Origin: Candidatus Hermodarchaeota archaeon
GTDB lineage: Archaea; Asgardarchaeota; Lokiarchaeia; Sigyniarchaeales; SOKP01
Direction of reading: 5' to 3'
Length of the DNA stretch: 35,555 nucleotides
Assembly (NCBI GenBank): GCA_048885925.1
Contig: JBHLLG010000026.1
Span: 1 to 35,555 of the forward strand
The position numbers and the translations under genes are program-made. The notes beneath the pieces were generated by a model. That model did not search any database. It saw only the letters and a list, made by a program, of their open reading frames with translations, and was not told the origin of the DNA. Shown here piece by piece: positions 18,741 to 28,592 of the stretch; the first letter of the stretch is position 1, and every line of letters begins with the position of its first letter.

Positions 18741-20060
18741 ATGAGCAATAAATTATTGATTAATATAGTAATTGCCAATTTATTATGGAGTTTTATCCCA
18801 ATTGTTGTATCAGGTCTAGTATTAGAAATTTCTATAATAATGATAATATTTCTTAGATTTTTAAGTGCGAGTATTATTTTATTTTTATTATCGTTCATTT
18901 TTGTAGCCTATAATAATAGACTAACTCAAAATAAAAAAATATCTCCAACAATTTTGATGAAAAATCTATTTCATCCGAATAGACGATTTTACTATATAAA
19001 AAACCTCTATTACTATTGGTTGTTAGGTTTTTTTGGAATAATTCTGCATATAATATTCTTTTTTTTAACCCTAAAAACCACATCCATAATTTTCACTATG
19101 ATTGGATTTTTGCTAAGTATAATATTTATTGCTTTCTATGAGAAGGGAGTTAACTTTGAAAAGTTCGATATATTTAAAGTTCTTTACATAATTATGCTGA
19201 TTTTTTCAATTATTATAATAATCTTTGTAAGTATTATCGGTAGTTCTTTAAATGAAAAACCAATTACCTTTAATGGTGTTTTATATTTATTAATTTTCAG
19301 TATAACACTTTCTTTTCTTTATATAAGTATAAATAGAGATGCATATTCAAAAAATGAAGCCCAATTGATAAGTAAAAATAAATATTATCAAATTCCGCGG
19401 CTTCTTATAAAAATAGGAGCATCCTTTTTTCTTGGAACTATCTCTATGATTCCGTTTGTGTTTGTAGTAGGTATTTTACCATTTCCAAATGAATTAAAGT
19501 ATGAATCACTTAGATTTTTTGAACAATTCTCTAGTTTTTTTGTGATTTTGGGTCGATGGGAAATATTATTCTTATTAATTTTTTCCACTTTAATCCCCTA
19601 TCTTCTTGTATTCATTACTAATACATTATGGAAATCAGAAAATTTAACATATAGTCAATGGAGTGGAATTTTAAATTTAATTGATCCTATGGGTTCCATT
19701 TTATTGTCAGTAATACTGGTAAGGGAATATTTCCCATTTGATTTATTAACTATACTAATATTTTTGCTCTTAGTTACAATAATGTTTCGATATGCCCACG
19801 AAGCTAAGAATTTAGTTAAGGCATACCTTTTAATAACTCTTAAAAAGGGAACTCTTAAACCTATAATTTTAAGAATTTTAAAATATTATGGAATTACAAA
19901 AGTTTCAGCTTTAATTGGAACATATGATTTATTAGTTGATGTAAAAACCAATTCAATTAGAGATTTATATTTTTTAGTTGATAAAATATTAAAACCTTTA
20001 GATCAAATAAAAAACGTAGAAATTATTTTTATTAATAAAATTGAAAAATTATCATTATAA
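18741..20060 (+). CDS. EamA/DMT-family 10-TM transporter fused to a C-terminal Lrp/AsnC ligand-binding (RAM) domain
   Basis: About 10 hydrophobic segments with EamA hallmarks (LLWS, FLRF, LGFFG, LNLIDP...LLSVILVRE). Residues ~359-435 (VKAYLLI...VSALIGTYDLLVDV...) match the RAM pattern. Confidence 0.78.
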   Translation: MSNKLLINIVIANLLWSFIPIVVSGLVLEISIIMIIFLRFLSASIILFLLSFIFVAYNNRLTQNKKISPTILMKNLFHPNRRFYYIKNLYYYWLLGFFGIILHIIFFFLTLKTTSIIFTMIGFLLSIIFIAFYEKGVNFEKFDIFKVLYIIMLIFSIIIIIFVSIIGSSLNEKPITFNGVLYLLIFSITLSFLYISINRDAYSKNEAQLISKNKYYQIPRLLIKIGASFFLGTISMIPFVFVVGILPFPNELKYESLRFFEQFSSFFVILGRWEILFLLIFSTLIPYLLVFITNTLWKSENLTYSQWSGILNLIDPMGSILLSVILVREYFPFDLLTILIFLLLVTIMFRYAHEAKNLVKAYLLITLKKGTLKPIILRILKYYGITKVSALIGTYDLLVDVKTNSIRDLYFLVDKILKPLDQIKNVEIIFINKIEKLSL

Positions 20061-20080
20061 TTTGATAAAAGTGAGGATTT

Positions 20081-20326
20081 ATGACTATAAAAGCGATAAG
20101 TTTATTCAAATTAGGCTTAAGTGTTATAAACACCGTTATTGAAGAACTAAAAAAGATCCCGCAAATTAAAAAAGTTATGTCTTTAACGGGAGATTACGAT
20201 ATATTAGCAGAGATTGAAGTAGAAACTCCCGAAGAACTATTTGATATCTTTGCTAATAAAGTTGACCTTATTCAAGGAATTATAAACTCTAATACACATA
20301 TGGTTATGAGGGCTTGGGAAAAATAA
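20081..20326 (+). CDS. stand-alone Lrp/AsnC ligand-binding (RAM) domain protein
   Basis: KAISLFK...LKKIPQI..V..LTGDYDILAEIE; no HTH; GTGAGG Shine-Dalgarno; 20 bp after the transporter stop. Confidence 0.9.
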   Translation: MTIKAISLFKLGLSVINTVIEELKKIPQIKKVMSLTGDYDILAEIEVETPEELFDIFANKVDLIQGIINSNTHMVMRAWEK

Positions 20327-20362
20327 GAATTTTTATCAATATTTTCAATTTAACTATTAACT

Positions 20363-21148
20363 TCAACTTTTTCTTCTTATATATTCTTTTATAAAAAAAG
20401 ATGCAACAGATTCAGCATAAGTACCAGGACCAAATCCGGCATCAAATCCTAATTCTTTTGCTAATTCGTTACTTATTCTGGCACCACCACAGATAAGAAT
20501 AATGTGCTCTCTTATCCCTTCTGCTTCTAGTAGATCCACTAGCTGAGTAAGATTCTTTACGTGAATATTTTTTTGCGTAACTGTTTGCGAAACAAGTAAA
20601 ACATCAGCTTTTAGTTCTATTGCCTTTTTAATAAACTCTTCATTTGAAATTTGACTACCTAAGTTATATGCTTCGATCATTTCATATTGTTCAAGACCAT
20701 AATGACCAGCGAAGCCCTTCATATTTATAATTGCATCGATTCCTACTGTATGAGCATCTGTCCCTGTTGATGCTCCAAGCACAACTAACTTACGCCCAAT
20801 TTTATCCTTAATATAAGAATTAATATCTTCTTTTAACATAACATCTACTTCTACAGTTTCTATTCTAACTTTAGAATAGTCAATAGAATGAATTAGTTGC
20901 CCATAAATTACAAAATAAGTGAATCCTTTATCTAATGCAGTATGATAAACTACTTCTGGATCTTTTAATCCCATTTTTTTCGATATTTCTTTAGCTGCTA
21001 TAACCGCTTTTTCATCATGTTCAATAGGAAGAGTAAAACTTAGCTGTACTTTACCGTCATTCATAGTATCTCCATATGGTTTAATTTTTGTTAAATCAAG
21101 AGTTTTATCAAAATTACCCTTCCCAATTGCATATTGATCTCCCCCCAT
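20363..21148 (-). CDS. kamE: lysine 5,6-aminomutase beta subunit (B12-binding)
   Basis: KPYGDTMNDGKVQLSFTLP, DAHTVGIDA (DxHxxG), LVSQTVTQ, GFDAGFGPG. Likely start ATG 21148 just after the kamD stop, with GGAGG SD; ORF track starts at 21175. Confidence 0.96.
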   Translation of the reverse strand: MGGDQYAIGKGNFDKTLDLTKIKPYGDTMNDGKVQLSFTLPIEHDEKAVIAAKEISKKMGLKDPEVVYHTALDKGFTYFVIYGQLIHSIDYSKVRIETVEVDVMLKEDINSYIKDKIGRKLVVLGASTGTDAHTVGIDAIINMKGFAGHYGLEQYEMIEAYNLGSQISNEEFIKKAIELKADVLLVSQTVTQKNIHVKNLTQLVDLLEAEGIREHIILICGGARISNELAKELGFDAGFGPGTYAESVASFFIKEYIRRKS

Positions 21149-21149
21149 T

Positions 21150-22739
21150 TTAATTCCCTCCTTTTTTAAGTTCATTAATCATAAGTTCTGTAAAAGGATT
21201 AAAATAGTCTTTATCTTTCTTAATTACCCCCTCCAATCCCTTGCCTCCATCTAATGGTCTTTTAATATTAGCAAAAATTCCTTTTTCTATTGTTTTAAAT
21301 AATCCTTCTTTTTCTATTTCTTTTAATAAGTTAAAAGCTTTATTTAATACTTCATTAGCTCTTTTTTCCATTATTCCCCCTTCCTTAAATCTTACTTCTT
21401 CACTAATTGATCTCATATTATTGAAAATATAGCGAGCATTTTCTATTGATAATGCTCTATCTGACATAAATGGAGTATGTATAGCTTCTGTTAACATGCC
21501 AAGTAGATGAATTCGTTGATTCGTCATTATAGTAATTATATTAAACAATGCGTCTTGAATATGTCCTCTGAAAATATTTCCTGTCATATATTTCGTAGGT
21601 GGCATATATTTCAAAGGGGCATTTGGAAAAATTTCACGAGCCATTTGAGCCTGAGCAAGTTCATATAAAAATCCATTTTTCAAATCAGAATCCATTTCAA
21701 AAGCGTGTCCTAGTCCCATTTGTTCTTCTTTTAAGCCAGCGAGTAATGCAAATTGTTCATTTATAAATTCAGACGCTAATACAGTATGAGCTGCTTCATA
21801 CGCATCTGCTGTAGTTAAATAATTATCTTCTCCTGTGTTAATGATTACTCCAGCATAAGCATTTATCATTCTTGAGAAGTATTGATCAATTATCGTTCTT
21901 TTCATGTTAATGTCACGAAATAAAATCCCATAAAGAGCATCGTTCAACATCATATCAAGTCTTTCAAAAGCACCCATTGCTGCAATTTCAGGCATACATA
22001 AACCGGAACAATAGTTAGTTAATCGAATATAACGCTCTAACTCTTCTCCAACCTCATCTAATGCTTTTCGCATTAATCTGAAATTTTCTTGAGTAGCATA
22101 AGTTCCACCAAATCCTTCTGTTGTTGGACCATATGGTACATAGTCAAGTAAACTTTGTACAGTGGATCTTATTACAGCAATAACATCTGCACCTTGTCTA
22201 GCTGCTGCTTGAGCTTGTATAATATCTTCATAAATATTTCCTGTAGCCACAATAACATATATTAATGGTCCCTCCTTATCACTATATTTATGAAGTAGCT
22301 CTTCTCTCTTTTTCTTATTCTGAGAGATTTTGATTAAAGTTTCTTGAGCCCTGACATTGATGGTCGCTTTAATTTCAGAAAAATCTTTTAATGGTAATTC
22401 TGCCAAATCAAGTTCATCTTTAGCGATTTTTTCAGCAATTACCTGAGGTGTAAGGTTTTTATGTAATATTGCATTGCCAATTTGAATTGCAGCACCCATT
22501 CCAAGAAGATTTTTCTTATGTATATGGTCTACAACAATATTAGGAAGAGGTACATCAAATTCATCCACACCGTCAATTCCCAATAATCTGCAAACAGTTC
22601 TTTCAATTGTTGTAGTAGTATGTTGATCTATAAATTTTTGAGTTGATAAAGCTATTCTTTTTGCGGTGTCCCTCGCTTTTTTTACAACTGAAAAGTCTAA
22701 ATGTAACTTACTTTTCAGTTGCTTTTTTTCCTCGCTCAC
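21150..22739 (-). CDS. kamD: lysine 5,6-aminomutase alpha subunit
   Basis: YVIVATGNIYED, QSLLDYVPYG.TTEGFGGT.ATQENFR, NYCSGLCMPE, KYMPPTK. Confidence 0.97.
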   Translation of the reverse strand: MSEEKKQLKSKLHLDFSVVKKARDTAKRIALSTQKFIDQHTTTTIERTVCRLLGIDGVDEFDVPLPNIVVDHIHKKNLLGMGAAIQIGNAILHKNLTPQVIAEKIAKDELDLAELPLKDFSEIKATINVRAQETLIKISQNKKKREELLHKYSDKEGPLIYVIVATGNIYEDIIQAQAAARQGADVIAVIRSTVQSLLDYVPYGPTTEGFGGTYATQENFRLMRKALDEVGEELERYIRLTNYCSGLCMPEIAAMGAFERLDMMLNDALYGILFRDINMKRTIIDQYFSRMINAYAGVIINTGEDNYLTTADAYEAAHTVLASEFINEQFALLAGLKEEQMGLGHAFEMDSDLKNGFLYELAQAQMAREIFPNAPLKYMPPTKYMTGNIFRGHIQDALFNIITIMTNQRIHLLGMLTEAIHTPFMSDRALSIENARYIFNNMRSISEEVRFKEGGIMEKRANEVLNKAFNLLKEIEKEGLFKTIEKGIFANIKRPLDGGKGLEGVIKKDKDYFNPFTELMINELKKGGN

Positions 22740-22786
22740 TTTTTTTCACTTTTTTTAGAAATATTTCTGAATTATTAAATCTCTTA

Positions 22787-23824
22787 TTAAAATGAATTAT
22801 TTATTTCCAAATCATAAACAGGGATATTAATATTTTTCTTTAATAAATTTAAAAAATTATTTTTATTAAATTCATATCCATAAGGTGAAGTTGGATTTAT
22901 AGTAATGGCAATTACGTTTATAGGATTTAATACTTTTAAGATACCACCTTTTTTTTCGAATTTTTCCTTTATTTTGCTACTTAAAAATAGTTTTGTAGCA
23001 TCTTCCGTTAAAATCGTAACGCCCTTATATTTTCCTGTAGATTTCATTATATCTTCTAGTAATTTATCTGTAATAGCACCTTTTATTACGATATATTTTG
23101 TACTTTTATCTAAATTTTCAATGATATTTTTAGCAGAATCTAATGATGTTTGGACATCTAATAATTTAATGGAATTTGTAGTATTAATAATTCCAATTTT
23201 TCTTTTTTTTAGTATTTTTTTTGCAATTTTTATGATTTCTTGATCTTCTTCAGCTTTTAAATTCAATAAATTAATTGTATGAACTGTTAAATCTATCACA
23301 TTTTTCATATTTTCTGACACAGAAGCTCCAGTGGAAAGAATTGTAGCATCAGAAATAATGGGAGATGCAAAGGATCTCCTATCAAAGGCACCATCGATAA
23401 GAATTAAATCGCATCCTAGACTTTTTAATTCTAAACATATTTCGTGTAAGTGTTTATTTATTGATGGTCCTGCTAATTCAATAAAACCTTCGTCAAGTGC
23501 TTTTAATATCAGGATCTTACCTAAGGGGGTATTAAATTTTGTAGTTTTTAATATTTCCATTTTTACTTCGCTTACTTCAAAACTTTGTTTAGCAGTTGCT
23601 ATAATTGTACCTTTTTTGATAAATATCCGGGGTTTTGGTAAATATGTAATTACATCATATTTTTCTCCGTCTCTTCCAATGGAGGTTAAACCAAGTTTAT
23701 AATCTTTTACATTTTTTATTATATAGTTTAAAGTAGTAGTTTTACTTACGTTTTTGGCGAGACCTATTATTGAAATAATCTTGTATTTATTAATCATACT
23801 TAAGAAATGAGACATAAAATCCAT
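22787..23824 (-). CDS. kamB: KamB-like lysine 5,6-aminomutase reactivase subunit
   Basis: IIGLAKNVSKTTTLN, GLTSIGRDGE, KPRI, TPLG, ELAGP, IDGA..R, ILSTGA, NPTSP; position between kamA and kamD. Confidence 0.8.
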   Translation of the reverse strand: MDFMSHFLSMINKYKIISIIGLAKNVSKTTTLNYIIKNVKDYKLGLTSIGRDGEKYDVITYLPKPRIFIKKGTIIATAKQSFEVSEVKMEILKTTKFNTPLGKILILKALDEGFIELAGPSINKHLHEICLELKSLGCDLILIDGAFDRRSFASPIISDATILSTGASVSENMKNVIDLTVHTINLLNLKAEEDQEIIKIAKKILKKRKIGIINTTNSIKLLDVQTSLDSAKNIIENLDKSTKYIVIKGAITDKLLEDIMKSTGKYKGVTILTEDATKLFLSSKIKEKFEKKGGILKVLNPINVIAITINPTSPYGYEFNKNNFLNLLKKNINIPVYDLEINNSF

Positions 23825-23893
23825 TTTCTCGCCAAAAACTAATAGATTTTTTAATAATAACAGAAGTAAAGCTTAATTATTTAAACTTTAGAA

Positions 23894-25132
23894 TTATTTA
23901 GTAAGCTTTTTCCTTCTTAATTTTCTCACTAAATCTTCAGGTTCTATAGTTACTTTTTGACCACTTAATAAGGCACTTACTCCAATTTGCTTCTCACAAT
24001 CTTCGCAATGGCAATTTGGCACATAATCATCTGGTTCTTCATATGTTGTTATGACTCCTTCAAAATTTCTTAGTACAACACGAGTGTTTCCTTGAGAAAT
24101 AGTATAACCTGGCATTACTGGAATTTTACCACCTCCACCAGGGGCATCAACTACAAAAGTAGGTACACATAGTCCTGAAGTGTGACCCCTCAATCCTTCA
24201 ATAATCTCAATTCCCTGTGCTACGCTGGTTCTAAAATGCGCTAACCCAATAGAAAGATCGCATTGATAAATATAATAAGGTCTGACTCGAATCTTTACTA
24301 ACCCTTGAACTAATTTTTTCATCACATGAATACAATCATTTACGCCTTTTAATAAAACAGATTGATTCCCAAGAGGTATTCCAACATCAGCTAACATTTC
24401 ACAAGCTTTAGTAGAATCTTCAGTAATCTCATTTGGATGATTAAAATGGGTATTAAACCAAATAGGATGGTATTTTCTTAGCATCCCACATAACTCTGGA
24501 GTTATTCTTTGGGGATTTGTGACTGGAGCCCTAGAACCTATACGAATTATTTCTACATGGGGTATTTCCCTTAATTTTTTTAAAATATCTTCCATTTTTC
24601 TATCAGACATTAATAATGCATCACCTCCAGATAAAAGAACATCTCTAATAGAGGGAGTATTTTTGATATATTCAATACAAGCATCTAATTGCGATTGTGG
24701 TGGAGACATATCAAGATGTCCAGCAAATCTTCTCCTTGTACAATGTCTACAATACATTGAACATTTTTCTGATACTAAAAATAAAACTCTATCTGGATAA
24801 CGATGTGTTAAACCTTCAACTGGAGAATCAATATCTTCGCTTAGTGGATCTTCTTGATCGCTACTACATCTAATTAATTCATGAATCGTAGGAATTGCTT
24901 GCTTTCTAATAGGATCATAAGGATCATTAGGATCGATTAATGATAAATAATAAGGAGTAATTGCCATCCTATACTCCTGCAATATTCTTGGATCATCTTC
25001 TTCTTCCATTAAAGTAATGTATTTCTTAAGTTCATCTAAAGTTGTTATTCTATTTTTGACCTGCCAGTGCCAATCATTCCAATCCTCATCACTAACCTGT
25101 CCAAATAATTCCTTTCGTCTGTTAACTTTCAT
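23894..25132 (-). CDS. kamA: lysine 2,3-aminomutase (radical SAM/PLP)
   Basis: WNDWHWQ, THRYPDR, CSMYCRHC, SGGD, PGGGGKIP, C-terminal CHCEDC Zn motif. Confidence 0.97.
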   Translation of the reverse strand: MKVNRRKELFGQVSDEDWNDWHWQVKNRITTLDELKKYITLMEEEDDPRILQEYRMAITPYYLSLIDPNDPYDPIRKQAIPTIHELIRCSSDQEDPLSEDIDSPVEGLTHRYPDRVLFLVSEKCSMYCRHCTRRRFAGHLDMSPPQSQLDACIEYIKNTPSIRDVLLSGGDALLMSDRKMEDILKKLREIPHVEIIRIGSRAPVTNPQRITPELCGMLRKYHPIWFNTHFNHPNEITEDSTKACEMLADVGIPLGNQSVLLKGVNDCIHVMKKLVQGLVKIRVRPYYIYQCDLSIGLAHFRTSVAQGIEIIEGLRGHTSGLCVPTFVVDAPGGGGKIPVMPGYTISQGNTRVVLRNFEGVITTYEEPDDYVPNCHCEDCEKQIGVSALLSGQKVTIEPEDLVRKLRRKKLTK

Positions 25133-25172
25133 TTTTTCTTTCTCTTTCTCTTTTTTTTAGATCTACAATTAA

Positions 25173-26210
25173 TTAAACGTATTTGTCTTCAAATATTTTT
25201 CGCAATGTTTCTGATTCTCTTACTAAGTTTAAAGCAATTTGAGCATGATTTTTAGTGTAACCACAGCCAATTAGCATTTTAACATCTTTCCCAACTCCTT
25301 CCGCTCCTAATGCTGCTTTTGTAAAACTAGTTGCCATTGAGAAAAAATAGACTATTCCTTCATCCTTCACGGGCAATATGGTTGAAAGTTCAGTATTAGG
25401 AATATTAAGGCAGTTTATTGAGATATCCACTTCTTTTCCATTATTGATGTCTAAAACTTTACTTAAAATGTCAATAGGTTTTAAAACATCGGCTATTATC
25501 ACTTCATCACAAAATTTTGTATTCCTTAAAAAATCTGCTCGTTCTTGATTTCTTGCCTGGCCAATAACTTTACCATCTTTCCCAGCCATCTTTTTAGCCA
25601 TTAATGAGCACATCAATCCAGATTTACCAGTTGCACCTAAAATTAATACAGTATTTCCTGGTTTTACCAAATTTCGTACTTGCGCTGGAGCACCTGCTAC
25701 GTCAAGAACGGCTAATGCTAATGTAGATTCCATATCAGTAGGAAGCTTAGCATATATCCCACTTTCAAAAAGGATTGCTTTTCCTTCAATTTCGACCCTG
25801 TCAATTTCGGGTTCTATATTTAATATTTTATCAATCCGAAGTGGTGTTAGAGAAAGTGAAACAAGTGTAGCAATTTTATCACCAACATTTACATCTGTTT
25901 TACCTTTTAGAACATCACCAATTTTTTCTACGGTTCCTATTAGCATTCCACCCGAACCAGTTACTGGATTTTGCATTTTTCCGCGTTCTTTTACAATCTC
26001 CAATATCTTATCTTTAACTTTCTCCATATTATCTTGAGCAGCTTCTCTAAGTTGGGTAAAACTAGCTGAATCAATATTTAAATAATCTACATCGATTAAG
26101 ATTTCATTGTCATAAATAGTCATGTCATTTGAGATCTTTAAAGCCGACTGAGGTAAAGCTCCTTTCGGTTCAATAACTCTGTGTGCTCCATATCTATTTA
26201 CTTGTTTCAT
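25173..26210 (-). CDS. kdd: L-erythro-3,5-diaminohexanoate dehydrogenase
   Basis: YG.HRVIEP.G.LPQ, NIDSASF, NPVTGSGGML, LVSLSLTPL, LDVAGAP, FFSMATSF.KAALGAEG. Confidence 0.96.
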   Translation of the reverse strand: MKQVNRYGAHRVIEPKGALPQSALKISNDMTIYDNEILIDVDYLNIDSASFTQLREAAQDNMEKVKDKILEIVKERGKMQNPVTGSGGMLIGTVEKIGDVLKGKTDVNVGDKIATLVSLSLTPLRIDKILNIEPEIDRVEIEGKAILFESGIYAKLPTDMESTLALAVLDVAGAPAQVRNLVKPGNTVLILGATGKSGLMCSLMAKKMAGKDGKVIGQARNQERADFLRNTKFCDEVIIADVLKPIDILSKVLDINNGKEVDISINCLNIPNTELSTILPVKDEGIVYFFSMATSFTKAALGAEGVGKDVKMLIGCGYTKNHAQIALNLVRESETLRKIFEDKYV

Positions 26211-26218
26211 GATTCAAC

Positions 26219-27055
26219 TCAATCCTTTTCTTTTAATCTTAGTATTTTTCTTGCCTCATTTGGGTTAGCAATGTCTCTTCCTAATTCTTTTGATATTCTT
26301 ACAACTTTTTCCACTAATTCACCATTAGATTTTGCTATAACTCCTTTAGATAAATAAAGATTATCTTCAAATCCAACTCTTACATGCCCTCCCATTATTA
26401 TAGATAACGTGATCATTGGAAATTCGTATCTTCCAATCGCACCAACACTAAATGTGGAATTCTCAGGAATAGAATTTGTTAGAAAAAGCAAATCTCTTAC
26501 TGATGCATTAATACCGCCTTTTACACCCAACATGAAATTAAAATGCATTGGATCTTTTATATACCCTCTTTCATGTAGTCGCAATGCAGTATCAATCATT
26601 CCCTTATCAAAGCATTCCAATTCATATTTTATTTTCCGATCATTCATTTCTTTCGCAAAATAAATTATAGTGTTTTCAGTATTGACAAAGATTTCATCTC
26701 CTCCAATCCAATTCATAGTACCACAATCTAATGTAGCTATTTCAGGGGGAGGTTCCAAATAGATAGGTTGAAGTCTTTCTTCATTAGTCATGCCTACAGC
26801 TCCTCCAGTAGAAGGCATGATAATTAGATTTGGACACCTTTTTTTAATTTCTTCTATACACATTTTAAATCTCTTCTTATCTTGAGTAGGAGTCCCATCA
26901 TCTTCTCTTACATGTAAATGAATTATACTAGCTCCTGCTTTACATGCAATTTCCGCCTCTTTTCCTATTTCGTCAATTGTATAGGGCACGAATGGATTAT
27001 TTTCTTTTGTTACTTCTGCTCCACATATAGCAGCAGTTATAATCAATTTTTCCAT
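26219..27055 (-). CDS. kce: 3-keto-5-aminohexanoate cleavage enzyme
   Basis: IITAAICGAE, IIHLHVR, PSTGGA, LDCGT.N, ELECFD, HVRVGFEDN. Probable ATG at 27055 with GAGGTG SD; ORF track starts at 27064. Confidence 0.95.
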   Translation of the reverse strand: MEKLIITAAICGAEVTKENNPFVPYTIDEIGKEAEIACKAGASIIHLHVREDDGTPTQDKKRFKMCIEEIKKRCPNLIIMPSTGGAVGMTNEERLQPIYLEPPPEIATLDCGTMNWIGGDEIFVNTENTIIYFAKEMNDRKIKYELECFDKGMIDTALRLHERGYIKDPMHFNFMLGVKGGINASVRDLLFLTNSIPENSTFSVGAIGRYEFPMITLSIIMGGHVRVGFEDNLYLSKGVIAKSNGELVEKVVRISKELGRDIANPNEARKILRLKEKD

Positions 27056-27100
27056 TGGTTTCACCTCACATTTTACAATAAAATTAAAAATACAAAAAAA

Positions 27101-28354
27101 TTATAATAACTTTTTAGCTTCTTTTAAAGCTTCATTTATCATATCTGCAGCATAATCAATATCTTCACTGGAATGTCGATAACAAATATAACCATGATGG
27201 TAAGGTTGAAGAAATACTTTTCGTCGAATAAGTTGTCTATAGAATTCTTCTCTAAGTTTCCTATAGAGAAAATCTTTATCAGGAATAAATGTAATATAAG
27301 GCATCCAAGGTTCTCCAGAATAAATACAAGGAATACCACTCTCATCAATACTTTCTCTAACTTGCTTAGCAAAAATCATTCCTTTTTGGTTAATATTTTC
27401 TATAACTTTCTCACGCTCTAAAATTTCAATTGTTTTAAGAGCAGCGATTTGAGATAGACTATTGGGGAAAAAGGTTGAGCTCAAAAAAACTTTTTCTATT
27501 AAAACATCCATAAATTCAGCTTTACCTACAAGAGTGCTAATGGGATATCCATTTCCCATACCCTTACCAAATGCAGCAAGATCTGGAATAACACCAAACA
27601 TTTTTTGAGCACCGCCCATATTTACCCTAAAACCAGTTCTTATTTCATCATATATTAATAAAGCATTATTTTCTGTAGATAACTCTCGAAGTCCTTTTAG
27701 AAATCCTAATTTGGGTCTTTCAACTTCTCGACCCCCTGGTGTATGTATCGGGTTAACTATAATTCCTGCAATTTCATCTTTATATTTCTTAAATAAATTT
27801 TCAACTTCTTCTAGATTATTAAATTCAAATTCATGAAAATCTTCATAAAGTTTCTTTGGTATCCCGGCTTCGATTCCATGTACTTCACTAAAGGCATCAT
27901 ACCAACCATGATATCCACAACTAAGAAACTTAATTTTTTTTGTAAATGCTCGTGCTACTCTAATAGCTGCTACTGTTGCATCAGTTCCCATTTTCATTAA
28001 AACTAATTTTTCACAGCATGGGATTAAGTCCTTTAGTTTGTTAGCTAGTATATTCTGGACTTGTTGAGTTAAAGACATACAGAATCCTTTATTGCGTACC
28101 TGTTCGATCACTGCATTATCTATTTCTTCTTCCCGATGCCCAATAATTATAGGTCCATAGGCACATAACATATCAATATATTCATTACCATCTACGTCAG
28201 TAACTTTCCCACCTCTCGCTGATTCAAAAAATATTGGATATTCTCCTTCAACGAAATTATATGGCCTACGAATACCTAAAATAGCTCCAGGGATTAAATT
28301 TAATGCCTCTTCATATAGTTTAAATGTATTACTAAGATTTAATTTATCAGTCAA
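27101..28354 (-). CDS. kat: 3-aminobutyryl-CoA aminotransferase (class III PLP)
   Basis: GIRRPYNFVEGEYP, DMLCAYGP, YHGW, DEIRTGFR, GKGMGNG, SSTFFPN, QPYHH. First gene of the lysine operon; no kal present. Confidence 0.85.
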   Translation of the reverse strand: MTDKLNLSNTFKLYEEALNLIPGAILGIRRPYNFVEGEYPIFFESARGGKVTDVDGNEYIDMLCAYGPIIIGHREEEIDNAVIEQVRNKGFCMSLTQQVQNILANKLKDLIPCCEKLVLMKMGTDATVAAIRVARAFTKKIKFLSCGYHGWYDAFSEVHGIEAGIPKKLYEDFHEFEFNNLEEVENLFKKYKDEIAGIIVNPIHTPGGREVERPKLGFLKGLRELSTENNALLIYDEIRTGFRVNMGGAQKMFGVIPDLAAFGKGMGNGYPISTLVGKAEFMDVLIEKVFLSSTFFPNSLSQIAALKTIEILEREKVIENINQKGMIFAKQVRESIDESGIPCIYSGEPWMPYITFIPDKDFLYRKLREEFYRQLIRRKVFLQPYHHGYICYRHSSEDIDYAADMINEALKEAKKLL

Positions 28355-28592
28355 TTTCTCTCTCCATGTTTTGTAATATTATAGCATTTAATTATTAATC
28401 ATAATTATTGAAGGTTTCTAAACGGAATCTCTTTCTTAATATCAAATTTTTTGAAGTACAAGAATAATTGTATTTTCACTTTTTATCTGAAATGAAAAAT
28501 ATTGCTCTAATTATATTCTATAATAAATTGATTTTTGTTTTGATAATATTTTGGGGTTATTAGTAAAGGGAAACCATTTGAAGTGGAAAAAA

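Noticed and set aside
23894-25132. EF-P modification EpmB or osmolyte AblA role
   Set aside because: Embedded in the kdd/kce/kamDE operon; no epmA or ablB adjacent
27101-28354. Glutamate-1-semialdehyde aminomutase (hemL) call
   Set aside because: The GIRRPYNF and QPYHH signatures and the lysine operon context fit Kat better
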